A stretch of 64,000 nt of DNA from the NCBI GenBank assembly GCA_041158505.1, contig JBEBBG010000015.1, forward strand, positions 12,642-76,641. The letters are read 5' to 3'. The notes beneath the pieces are model-generated. The model was not told where the DNA came from. It saw nothing but the letters and a program-made list of their open reading frames with translations, and searched no databases. This DNA comes from Candidatus Parcubacteria bacterium (lineage in GTDB: Bacteria > Patescibacteriota > Minisyncoccia > Phycocordibacterales > JAACPR01). Made by a program: the position numbers and the translations under genes. The first letter of the stretch is position 1. Each line of letters opens with the position of its first letter. Positions 28,054 through 37,031 of this stretch are shown piece after piece.

Positions 28054-29925
28054 CTATCGTACACCCTTAATCTCTAGTCCACCACGAAGAGCTTCTGGAT
28101 TTGCCATACCACCAGATGCGCGGAGTTCTTCTTTTGCACGCTTAATTTGCAGCACCTGTGATGGGTCTGAGGTGATGATCTGGTCTTCAGTGTATGAGGC
28201 GATAATTTTAATCGCAATGTGCTTGATGCCAGCAAAGAAGATTCCCTCTCCCACTCCAGACTCAAGGAGAAGATACTTCTCTTCCTCGGTGAGGTTAAAG
28301 GTTTGCTGAATCATATCGATTGCAGTCGGTGATTGTTTCAAGAGGAGCTGGATTGATGAGTTGGTGATGATCGGCATACCGTATGGCGATCGAAGGAAGT
28401 CCTCAACGTCTTGGGTAATGGTAGACATACCGAGATAGTATTTTCGTCCTCGTTTTGCAAGCCCAAAGAGGAACGACGCGGTGTCGTCTGATTTCATCAT
28501 CCACCACGCCTCATCGATTACGAGCAGTCGCTTTTTGAGCTCTTTGCGCACAGCATTCCAAATGAAGTGCGTCACAAGGTACATTGCAACCGGCTTAAGT
28601 TCATCTTCCATGTCTCGAAGCGAGAACACGATGAAGCGCTTGTTTACGTCGATGTTTGTTGGTTTGTTGATGAAACCTGCCCAGGTACCACGTGTGTACT
28701 TTGAAAGCTTTTGAGCCATACTCTCCCCTCCCTCCATGCCGGAGAGCACATACTCGAAGTCAGAAAGAAGTGGTGGTTCAATATTTGAGAAATCACTTTC
28801 GGGAGTAATGTCTTTAAGCGCGTACGTTTCAGAAATCGCGCGATCAACGAGCGCATCTTCCTCAGGGGTGAGTCCACCAAGCATGAGTCGGAAAAGACCA
28901 ACAAGGTTCACAATATTTGATCGGAGCACGTCACCTGCAGATTCATCTGGTGTTGGTGGTGCAAGGTCAAACGGGTTGATGTGGTGATCTGAAGTAAGAG
29001 AAATATTGAAGTAGCGCCCGCCTGTTGCTTCCGCAAGGAATTCATATTCACGTTCCGGGTCGATTACAATGACGTCGGTGTCGAGCATCAGGGTGCGCAA
29101 GATCTCGAGCTTTGATGCGTACGATTTACCAGAACCAGCCTTTGCAAAGGTAACTGAGTTGTAGTTTTCAAGACTGAATCGGTCAAAGAGGACGAGCGAG
29201 TTGTTGTGTCGGTTAATACCAAAGAGAATTCCCTTATCCGAGGTAAGGTCAAACGAGATGAATGGAAAGAGGCTCGAGAGTGGTGCTGAGTTGAGCTTTG
29301 AATGCACGCCGAGAAGATCTTGCCCTGTTGGAATAACGGTCTTAAATGCCTCCTCCTGCTGGAAGAGTGCAGGCTTTACGTACACCAACTTTGCTTCGAG
29401 AATCGACTTTACCTCAGAATCGAACTTGTCGAGCTCATCTTTGTTGTCCGCATAGATGCTGATATAGAGACCAACATCAAAGATTTTCTCTTGTGCCTGC
29501 TGGAGGTTGTCACGGAGAATTTCAAGGTCTTGGTATGCGGTGTCGAGTACAGGATCGCGTACAAGCCCCTTCTCTTCTCGGGTGTGAATCTGGCTCTGCA
29601 CTTCGGCTACTTTCTTTTTAAATTGTCGAAGGATGGTTGCGGTATCGATTGGGTGCACAAAAATCGATACATCAAATACTTTGTCGAGGTTGATGATTGG
29701 TGCAAACCACGAGTCTGAAAGGAAGCGTGGGTACGAGATAACGAAGAACGTGCGCACCATTTTGTCACCAAGGTTGATGTCACGAGGGCTCATCTTGAGC
29801 GCTGAAGGCGCAATCACGTCTTGTAGCTCAAGCACGCCCGCCTCGTAAATTTCTTGTGGAAGAAATGACGTAATGTCAGGTGTTTTTGGAGCTTCCTTTT
29901 TCTTTAGAAAATCAAAGAGGGCCAT
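28054..29925 (-). CDS. T4SS ATPase VirB4/TrbE/PrgJ family, ATPase portion
   Basis: VirB4 N-region RTFFVISYP...FVHPID; Walker A FAKAGSGKSYA; Walker B LLVIDEAWWM; C-terminal TrbE-type domain. Starts at an ATG one codon after the in-frame TAG that ends the upstream ORF. Confidence 0.8.
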   Translation of the reverse strand: MALFDFLKKKEAPKTPDITSFLPQEIYEAGVLELQDVIAPSALKMSPRDINLGDKMVRTFFVISYPRFLSDSWFAPIINLDKVFDVSIFVHPIDTATILRQFKKKVAEVQSQIHTREEKGLVRDPVLDTAYQDLEILRDNLQQAQEKIFDVGLYISIYADNKDELDKFDSEVKSILEAKLVYVKPALFQQEEAFKTVIPTGQDLLGVHSKLNSAPLSSLFPFISFDLTSDKGILFGINRHNNSLVLFDRFSLENYNSVTFAKAGSGKSYASKLEILRTLMLDTDVIVIDPEREYEFLAEATGGRYFNISLTSDHHINPFDLAPPTPDESAGDVLRSNIVNLVGLFRLMLGGLTPEEDALVDRAISETYALKDITPESDFSNIEPPLLSDFEYVLSGMEGGESMAQKLSKYTRGTWAGFINKPTNIDVNKRFIVFSLRDMEDELKPVAMYLVTHFIWNAVRKELKKRLLVIDEAWWMMKSDDTASFLFGLAKRGRKYYLGMSTITQDVEDFLRSPYGMPIITNSSIQLLLKQSPTAIDMIQQTFNLTEEEKYLLLESGVGEGIFFAGIKHIAIKIIASYTEDQIITSDPSQVLQIKRAKEELRASGGMANPEALRGGLEIKGVR

Positions 29926-29928
29926 ATG

Positions 29929-30570
29929 CTAATTGTGTGGTAATGGTTTCTCAACATCACCTGGATTAAAGAGTCGGTAAAAGATTTCAATCACCTCTTC
30001 GGTGCCAAGTTGCACTGCGCGAATACCGCTGCGGACGATTCCAGACCGCACAACGGCGATACGCTGTTCAAGCTGGCTGCGTGCTTCCTCAAAATCTTCA
30101 GTCTTCATGTTTGCGTCTTTTTTGCCACCAAACGGATTGCTTACCTTTTTGCCGCGAACATCAATCGTTGGTGGTGTGTACGGAACTGTAATGTAAAAGG
30201 TCTTGGTCATAATGTTGGTGCGCTCAGTAAACGCTTGGATGAATCCAATGTACTCTTTGATTTGCACGCGCATGAGGTCGTTAATTTGCTCTCGCTCGCG
30301 AGCTTCAAGCATTGCTACGTATGGACGAATGTCGAGACGTCTCGACTGGATGAAGATTTGAACCGAGAAATTGAGCGAGTTGAGAAACTGTTGGAATTGG
30401 AAAATGATTGCACTCTGCTCCTCTTCTGATTTGAGCGCAAAGTTGATTGAAGAGGTCATGAGGATTGCGCGCATTGAACCATCCTTGAGCACAAGAATAC
30501 CGTCACGCACTTCACGCACGGGGACAAAGTCCTGTGTTGTTTTTGAGTTTGCTGCTGCCATATCGTGCAT
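29929..30570 (-). CDS. VirB4-family N-terminal domain protein; same frame as the ATPase ORF, separated by a single TAG
   Basis: VPVREVRDGILVLKDGSMRAILMTSSINFALKSEEEQSAIIFQFQQFLNS matches the conserved N-terminus of Gram-positive VirB4-like ATPases; frame continuity with 28054..29925 checked by coordinates. Confidence 0.5.
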   Translation of the reverse strand: MHDMAAANSKTTQDFVPVREVRDGILVLKDGSMRAILMTSSINFALKSEEEQSAIIFQFQQFLNSLNFSVQIFIQSRRLDIRPYVAMLEAREREQINDLMRVQIKEYIGFIQAFTERTNIMTKTFYITVPYTPPTIDVRGKKVSNPFGGKKDANMKTEDFEEARSQLEQRIAVVRSGIVRSGIRAVQLGTEEVIEIFYRLFNPGDVEKPLPHN

Positions 30571-30605
30571 TCATTATACACGACTGTACGAAACGAAAAC
30601 GTGGG

Positions 30606-31043
30606 TTACTGACGTGTGCGCGGATCAACGTCCTGGAGTGTTTGCAACGTCTCGTGAATATCGAGTCCCCACGATAAATCTTTGAGCTTACTGTTTGTTA
30701 CTTTTGGCACCTCTTGCGTAACGTACTGAATGACTTCGGCCGCTTTCTTCTCAGGTGTTTTTTCCCGTTTTTTCCAGAGGTATAACTTTGGTGAAAAGAT
30801 GAAACGAAACGCTGTTTCGAGGACCACAACAAGCGGCCGATTGTTTACTTGGTAAAAGGCAAAGCCAAAAAAGAGGAGTACTACTGGTAAGCCAATGACA
30901 ATTGCTAGAACCTTGGGCATGGTAGTCCAAAAGATGAAGGCGAACGCCAACCCCGCAGCCGAGTACAGGAACTGTTTAAGGGTGAGTGGTCCAAAAATCT
31001 TATCTTCTACTTCAAGGAATTGTGGTACTTGGTATTTTGCCAT
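30606..31043 (-). CDS. PrgI-family (VirB3-like) small membrane protein
   Basis: MAKYQVPQFLEVEDKIFGPLTLKQFLYSAAG then two TM helices: the PrgI-family signature (VPxDLxxEDKIFGxLTLRQ) and the canonical position immediately upstream of VirB4. Confidence 0.6.
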   Translation of the reverse strand: MAKYQVPQFLEVEDKIFGPLTLKQFLYSAAGLAFAFIFWTTMPKVLAIVIGLPVVLLFFGFAFYQVNNRPLVVVLETAFRFIFSPKLYLWKKREKTPEKKAAEVIQYVTQEVPKVTNSKLKDLSWGLDIHETLQTLQDVDPRTRQ

Positions 31044-31055
31044 AGGGGTACGTAT

Positions 31056-31910
31056 TTAGGCGATTGGCTCTCGGTATGGGTCTGTTGAGCCGTATGTTCG
31101 AGTTGTTGGCGTGGCTGGTGATGCTTCACCACTAACTGTACTCTCTGATGTTTCAAGTTCTAGACGGTTCTTTGCGGCGGTAACTGGCTGACCAAGCTTT
31201 GCTGCAACAATTGGATCAAGGTGTTTTGGTACAAACTGCTTAACTGCGGCAAGAGGCGGCGCTGGTTGCGTTTTTACTATAGGAGCAGGGCTCATCTGGG
31301 GAGCGGTTTTTGGAGTTGTTGGTAGGGTGATTACTTTCTCGATATGTGCTGGTACGGCAGTGTGAGGAGCTGGTGTTCCCGCAAGGAGTATCGGTTTGCT
31401 CTGTGGAATTGGCTTACCCTGGAAGAGCGCAACCGGAGAAACATCTAACTTTTTTGTTGAATAGCGAGCGGTACTTCCCTTTGATGGCAAGGTGACCTCG
31501 TTGTCTTCTTTGACTGCGGCTGCAATATCATCATCAGCCTTTGTGAGCTCGTTTGAAACACGCTCAACATCGTCGATGGTGTCATGAGATTCTGTAATGC
31601 CAACTAGTTTTTCACGAATGTTTCCAAAAATGTCGCGCTCGATATCGGCCGCGATTGCTGCGGCTTGTTCATCTGATACCCGTGCACCCTCTTTGGCGTT
31701 CTCAACAAAGGCATCCGGATCCTCCATGCCAAGCATGGTGACAAAGATGAGGCTCTCAAGTGCTGCCCCTTGATCGATGTGTAGCTGGTACTTCTCGACG
31801 ATGTTTCGAACTTTCTCTTGCCAGTTTGAATTAAGCACAATATCCTGCACTACTGGCGGAAGTGTGTTGAACTGTTCTTTAATGAGGTTTTCTGTTTCTT
31901 GCGAGATCAT
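31056..31910 (-). CDS. hypothetical protein with Pro-rich C-terminal half (T4SS-like cluster)
   Basis: 284 aa, no TM; acidic helical N-domain, then a PxxP-rich spacer. Confidence 0.45.
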   Translation of the reverse strand: MISQETENLIKEQFNTLPPVVQDIVLNSNWQEKVRNIVEKYQLHIDQGAALESLIFVTMLGMEDPDAFVENAKEGARVSDEQAAAIAADIERDIFGNIREKLVGITESHDTIDDVERVSNELTKADDDIAAAVKEDNEVTLPSKGSTARYSTKKLDVSPVALFQGKPIPQSKPILLAGTPAPHTAVPAHIEKVITLPTTPKTAPQMSPAPIVKTQPAPPLAAVKQFVPKHLDPIVAAKLGQPVTAAKNRLELETSESTVSGEASPATPTTRTYGSTDPYREPIA

Positions 31911-31913
31911 AGG

Positions 31914-33980
31914 CTATTCTTCTTTTTTATCACCCTTCGCGGCTTTAAGTGCTTTTATGATGTCGTATTTAACATCACGTTCTGCTTTAGCGAGTTCCTT
32001 TGCAATCGTTTTACCAGCAGCTGTTCGAGCAGGCTGCACCCATTTTAACTTACCAGCACCGCTTCGATTAAGCTGATCCCTATAGGTTTCAATGTAAACA
32101 TTCTTACTCTTATTGTATTTCTCTTTTGCTTCTCGAACGTCTTTCTTGGCAGTAGCGATTGATGCTTTTGAAGCATTAGTATCAATGAGGGTTTGGAGAG
32201 TTGCTTCCTTTGCATCAAGGTCTGCTTTATTTGGCTTAACAATATCATTACTGTCTGATACTTGCCCGATTGCTTCTGCTGCAAAGTTTGTAATTTTTTC
32301 TCGATTACTCTTAATGCTCGATGCATATCCTCCCTTACCCCCTGCAGCTCCAAATGCTTTATCCCCTACACCGGTTGCACTTGCGACTCCGGTAAATGTT
32401 TTTGAATTTCGAGCATCAAATGAGGCGCTGCCAATTCCTCGAGTTGTTTGAAGAGCAAATGCACCAATACGAGATTTTGCAGCCCACTCTTTAAATCCAT
32501 CTTTATCGGCAGCCCAGTTTGCAACGCGTCCAGGGAATTGTCTTCCAGCAAAAGCTGCGGTTCCAATAGCTGCACCACCAACTTTTGATGTAATGTTGCC
32601 GCTAAGTTTTGCAAGCGCTTTGTTTCCCATTGAGTGCATTTGTTTTGCTGCATAGAGGGCTCCAAGAAAGAGGCCAATAACGATACTGTATCGAACTAAA
32701 GGACTTGCTGCTGATGCAACCATTTTTACTATTGTTGATTGGACGCCCGCACTTGCCGCCGAAAAACCAACCTGAATACCAGAGGGGCTTGAAGTTTTTA
32801 CTATATCGAGTATTCCCTCTCCTCCGCTTCCTCCCATAAGCTTAAAGGCGATGAGTAGAAATAGTAGAAAAACAGGCAATGAAAAAGCATTTCCTATGAG
32901 TGAATCCCACCACTCCTGCGACATTTTTTTTGTCATTGGAAAGGCTTTTCCTACAAAACCAATTGGAGACAGAATAAGTAGAAAAACAATGATGAGGGTT
33001 CTCGCAATCAACATGAAAGCCCCAATAAACATCACAATCGCAAGTATGATGACGACCGCAATGGTCATTACAACACCAACACTTACCTGTATGAGTTGAT
33101 CAGTCGCACCGCTGTAGGTACTTTCATTGTTGCCAACTAATCCTGCACTATCCTTGCTTATTTTTAAGGCGTCTGTCTTTTCTAGTATAAAAGAACTTAC
33201 ACTTCTATCTCCAAGAACATTTTCAATGCTCTTCATGACAGAAAGAGCAAATTGGTTTGAGACGTCAACGATGACAGCCGCAAAAAAGAAGCTAAAGTTT
33301 ACGAGTAGGGCGGCAATAATGACATTTTTGAGAGCCTTTTTTGCTTCGCCGCTCTCTGTTTGTAAAATAAGGTTAATAGCGACGTAGAGTAAGATAAAGA
33401 CAAAACCAATGTTTACTAAGTCTCTAAAGATTTTCCATGCTTCATCTACAGACGCTCGAACGTTGCCACCCTCAGCAACCATAGAACTTAGACCGTAGGT
33501 ACTGATATTGATTGCTGTGTCGAGAAAAAAACCAGCAATGTAGAGTGTTAGTGATGCAACCCAGGTAATTGCAACTCCTATAGCACTAATTCCTGTCGTA
33601 AGACCTTTTAAAACAGTGGCAACTGTTTTCTCTAAACCAGATTTTTTAACTGTTTCAACAGCCGCTGCCCCGTCGTTAAATGCGTTTACCGGGTTTAGAC
33701 CTCGACCAAGTGCGTTAAAGAAGCCTTGGGCGCCCTCTTGCCCACTAATGGCCTTATTGTAGGACGCATTTTTGTCTAAACCGTTTAAACGAGATTGTAT
33801 GTAGTCGTCAACTAGTGCGCTGCGCAAGCTTGGCGGAATATTTGCTTCTCCAAAAATTTGCTGGGCTTCTTGTGCGTAGTTTTGATTTTGGGCATTTGCC
33901 GTGCTCGGTGCGTTAACAAAAAAAAGTCCAAGTAATACAGTACACAAAAAAATATGTTGTAAAACTCGACGCGCTCTCAT
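31914..33980 (-). CDS. large polytopic membrane protein, VirB6/TrbL/PrgH-like candidate
   Basis: 688 aa: signal peptide, periplasmic N-domain, at least six TM helices in the central region, Lys-rich cytoplasmic tail. Assignment is by architecture and context, not sequence motif. Confidence 0.45.
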   Translation of the reverse strand: MRARRVLQHIFLCTVLLGLFFVNAPSTANAQNQNYAQEAQQIFGEANIPPSLRSALVDDYIQSRLNGLDKNASYNKAISGQEGAQGFFNALGRGLNPVNAFNDGAAAVETVKKSGLEKTVATVLKGLTTGISAIGVAITWVASLTLYIAGFFLDTAINISTYGLSSMVAEGGNVRASVDEAWKIFRDLVNIGFVFILLYVAINLILQTESGEAKKALKNVIIAALLVNFSFFFAAVIVDVSNQFALSVMKSIENVLGDRSVSSFILEKTDALKISKDSAGLVGNNESTYSGATDQLIQVSVGVVMTIAVVIILAIVMFIGAFMLIARTLIIVFLLILSPIGFVGKAFPMTKKMSQEWWDSLIGNAFSLPVFLLFLLIAFKLMGGSGGEGILDIVKTSSPSGIQVGFSAASAGVQSTIVKMVASAASPLVRYSIVIGLFLGALYAAKQMHSMGNKALAKLSGNITSKVGGAAIGTAAFAGRQFPGRVANWAADKDGFKEWAAKSRIGAFALQTTRGIGSASFDARNSKTFTGVASATGVGDKAFGAAGGKGGYASSIKSNREKITNFAAEAIGQVSDSNDIVKPNKADLDAKEATLQTLIDTNASKASIATAKKDVREAKEKYNKSKNVYIETYRDQLNRSGAGKLKWVQPARTAAGKTIAKELAKAERDVKYDIIKALKAAKGDKKEE

Positions 33981-34041
33981 TACATTCTAGTATAGCAGTA
34001 GAAGATGTATTGACACACCCTATCTGTGAATACATCTTCTC

Positions 34042-35577
34042 CTATGTTCTGTCCCCTAGTATGCTAGATTGCTTTGAAGAATTAGGAAGAAGCTTTGACG
34101 GCGGCTTTGTTAGTTGTTCTTGAAGAGCATCCAAAAGCTCCTCACCCTTCTCGTCGATATTTACGAGGCGTTGCTCTGCTAATCCTATTCGGTTTTCTGA
34201 AACCATTTTGATAAAGCTGCCCGGAATCTCAACGTCCCCGGTGTCTTGATCTTTTTTGCTCAAATATCCGTCGTTCATCTCGTACTCAGCTAGTTGCAGG
34301 TTAATACTGTTTGCTTGAATAGTTTCAATTTCTGCTTGTGCAGATAAGAAGCGGAGTAAATCACTGTTGACTGGATTAAGCCGAACAGCCAGTGTGTCCC
34401 AAGGATTTTTGCTCTCTTGCTCCTGTTGCTTTTGCTGTTCATGAATAGGTACACCATATTCGCTGGCCATGAGATTTTCTACGACGGTGTCACCTTGGCT
34501 GCCTTGTTGAGATTTTTTATATTCATCAATAAAAGACTCGAAATGCATTTGGGATAGATCACTGAGTGCCTGAGGGAGATTTTGAACAAATGCAGGGTTA
34601 CCACCAAAAGCTGTGGTGATGTAATTCCCTGAGCTCTCCACAACCGCGGCGGCCATCGCATCAGCAACACAGTTATCTGCAGCGTCGTATGATTTACTAC
34701 TTCCTCCTGGTTCCCCCGCGTCTTTACGCACAAGTTCCCACACGTACGCGTTAATGGTGAGGGTGTCGACGGGGACAGCATATTCCCCTGTTGCTTGAGA
34801 TGTGTTGCTTGATAAGCCACTTCCTTCCCCTCCTCCAATACCACTGGTGGTTTCTTTGTTACACTCAGTTGTTGCTTCTGTAAGGCTTGTGGGTTTGCCG
34901 TCGCCATCCGCATCACCGGTTGCACGAATAATGTCGCCACCCTGCTCCGGCTTCTCTGGTTCGTTTATAGGAACTTCATTTGGTTCAAATTCCTGAGATT
35001 GACCAGCGTTTCCAAGAGGGCTGCCTCCCGAATTTCCTCCAAGTAAATTCTGGACTGCCTGCGGTACACCCCCCTGTCCTCCTTGCTGTCCTCCGCCAAG
35101 CAGGTTCCCTAACGGGTTATTCCCTCCTCCGGGTAGTTGTGGCAATTGTGGCAACTGCGGCGTACTTCCTCCTTGGTTACCAAGGTTAGGAAGATTCACA
35201 TCTGCTTTTACATCTACTTCACAGGTTGCTTCTGCGCGCTCCCCGTTTGAAACAACGATAACGGTTGCCTTTTTTGTGCCGTAGCTACCGTAGCTGGTAG
35301 TGACCTGGGGCTTATCAACTGTTGTAATATTTACGCCACGCCACCGATACGCAATTTTACTTTCTGTACCTCGAACAGTTGCTCGCCAGATTACTGGCTC
35401 ATCACGTCCAACCTCTGCTTTTGAGGGAGCACAGGTTACTTTAAGCGTCGTTGCTTGAGCGTACCCAAGGTGTGGCAACAGCTGCACAACAAGTAGACCA
35501 CCGAGAATGGTAACAACTAACCCGCTTAAAACGAGCGGCTTGTATAGGATTTTTGTTGTTTTTAGAAATCGTTCCAT
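34042..35577 (-). CDS. membrane-anchored protein with Gly/Gln/Pro-rich low-complexity linker (T4SS-like cluster)
   Basis: N-terminal TM, PQLPQLPQLPGGGNNPLGNLLGGGQQGGQGG repeat tract, globular C-terminal domain. Confidence 0.45.
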   Translation of the reverse strand: MERFLKTTKILYKPLVLSGLVVTILGGLLVVQLLPHLGYAQATTLKVTCAPSKAEVGRDEPVIWRATVRGTESKIAYRWRGVNITTVDKPQVTTSYGSYGTKKATVIVVSNGERAEATCEVDVKADVNLPNLGNQGGSTPQLPQLPQLPGGGNNPLGNLLGGGQQGGQGGVPQAVQNLLGGNSGGSPLGNAGQSQEFEPNEVPINEPEKPEQGGDIIRATGDADGDGKPTSLTEATTECNKETTSGIGGGEGSGLSSNTSQATGEYAVPVDTLTINAYVWELVRKDAGEPGGSSKSYDAADNCVADAMAAAVVESSGNYITTAFGGNPAFVQNLPQALSDLSQMHFESFIDEYKKSQQGSQGDTVVENLMASEYGVPIHEQQKQQEQESKNPWDTLAVRLNPVNSDLLRFLSAQAEIETIQANSINLQLAEYEMNDGYLSKKDQDTGDVEIPGSFIKMVSENRIGLAEQRLVNIDEKGEELLDALQEQLTKPPSKLLPNSSKQSSILGDRT

Positions 35578-36527
35578 ACGTTTCCAAGTTCGTTACTATC
35601 AAAAAGTATACCATTCGATTTGAAGTATAGAGCGAGAGATTTCAGGTGTTCACGTTGTGTGGTTGGAAGCGCGTCGTAGTTTTGTTGTGCAAGGAGGCTG
35701 TAAACAGGATCGTTGCCTGTAAGGAGGAGCTTTGGAAGGTATACAGAGGCGCGGTATAAGTTATTAGTAAAATCAAGATGTGCCGCTACTGCTCCGTCTG
35801 GTACGGGCATCATTGAAAGCTCTTCGGCAAAGCTTTGGTAGTAAGCTTTAAGTGTGTTGACGTAGTCCTCGGGGGTGGTGTTTTTTGAAACCGAAGCAAG
35901 AGCAATTGTGTAACGAGTGTAGGTTCCAGCAAACGCGTTGCCATACTGGCGAACCTTTTCTGTATCGGCGTCACTAACTGTTTGGAGCTCAAAAACAGAG
36001 TATTTGTCAGGAATACTCACCTCTTCGCGGGCCTCCGCCGCAATCTGAGCCGTAAGAGCCGGAATTGTGTCATCTGTCATTTTTCCAGACTGCTTTAAAA
36101 GCAAGTAGTTTGAAATGAGCTTTGAGCTAACGATTTCAGAGAGGCTGCCGGGATTATAAAACAGAGAAGGTGTTGAGCTGCTTGTTGCAAACAGCATGTC
36201 GTCTGGTCCTGGGGTGAGCGGATCTCTGCCGCCGCGTGCTTCTGTCCCATCGAGCGCACCATCGCCGTCAGTGTCGGGGTTATTGCTGTCTGTGCCGCGC
36301 ACGGTTTCCTCCCAATCAAAGAGCCCATCATTGTCGGCGTCTGGGGCAACAAGGGTGTTGTTTGGAAAGATAGTTTCAGCTGTAAGCTCTACTGCTGGTG
36401 TCTCTGGTGCTGATGCTCGTTTTTCCGCGATGGCGTTTTTAATTTGATCAACAGCAATAATCCCTAGGGTAATCACGGCAACGGTTCCAACAATCATGAT
36501 TCGATTTTGATTCGCGCTTCGTGCCAT
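35562..36527 (-). CDS. membrane-anchored protein with thrombospondin-type-3-like Ca-binding Asp repeats; first gene of the T4SS-like operon
   Basis: N-terminal TM; DADNDGLFDWEETVRGTDSNNPDTDGDGALDGTE fits DxDxDGxxDxxE calcium-binding repeats. ATG at 36527. Confidence 0.5.
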   Translation of the reverse strand: MARSANQNRIMIVGTVAVITLGIIAVDQIKNAIAEKRASAPETPAVELTAETIFPNNTLVAPDADNDGLFDWEETVRGTDSNNPDTDGDGALDGTEARGGRDPLTPGPDDMLFATSSSTPSLFYNPGSLSEIVSSKLISNYLLLKQSGKMTDDTIPALTAQIAAEAREEVSIPDKYSVFELQTVSDADTEKVRQYGNAFAGTYTRYTIALASVSKNTTPEDYVNTLKAYYQSFAEELSMMPVPDGAVAAHLDFTNNLYRASVYLPKLLLTGNDPVYSLLAQQNYDALPTTQREHLKSLALYFKSNGILFDSNELGNVWNDF

Positions 36528-36534
36528 ACGTCAC

Positions 36535-36566
36535 CACAGTATACCAAACGTGCGTGGTATACTGTG
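36535..36566. promoter_or_regulatory. divergent promoter with 11-bp inverted repeat carrying two opposed TATACT -10 hexamers
   Basis: cacagtatacc (36535-36545) and ggtatactgtg (36556-36566) around a 10-bp spacer; the -10 hexamers lie 4-8 bp from the ATGs at 36527 (minus) and 36571 (plus), implying near-leaderless divergent transcripts. Confidence 0.45.
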
Positions 36567-36570
36567 CAGA

Positions 36571-37020
36571 ATGATAAAACATGTTGCACAGATTAGTGTT
36601 GGATGTTGCCTTCTCTTTATACTCGCTGTGTCTGGAGTCCCTTTTACAAAGGTTTCGGCTCAGTCAACGGGTAGTACTCCTGTGATTGCACGAGGCTCGA
36701 CGCATATTGGTGATCCATTTGGTGGTCTCATTCAAAAGAAAAAGCCTTGCACGTGCTCATTTAATGAAATGCTTTACGTTAATGATACGGTGACCAAGCA
36801 ACAGCTTCGTATCTTAAACACTCCTGGTATTTCGCGTCCGTATGCGCACTACGTAACCCAAGAGCGAAAGCAGATTCTGGGTACATACACGCCCGGGGCA
36901 GGTATTTGTTTGCAAATTTCTGCGTCTGGCTGTGAGCCTGATCGTGAGGGTTGGCACGGTGAAATCAATTCAGGACCAGGTTTTGGTGTCAGTATGATGC
37001 CAGGAGGCTCTCCTTTCTAG
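36571..37020 (+). CDS. small secreted Cys-containing protein, divergent from the T4SS-like operon
   Basis: ATG at 36571 gives MIKHVAQISVGCCLLFILAVSGVPFTKVSA signal peptide; the mature part of about 120 aa has 4 Cys. Confidence 0.45.
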   Translation: MIKHVAQISVGCCLLFILAVSGVPFTKVSAQSTGSTPVIARGSTHIGDPFGGLIQKKKPCTCSFNEMLYVNDTVTKQQLRILNTPGISRPYAHYVTQERKQILGTYTPGAGICLQISASGCEPDREGWHGEINSGPGFGVSMMPGGSPF

Positions 37021-37031
37021 TTTTGTAGAAC

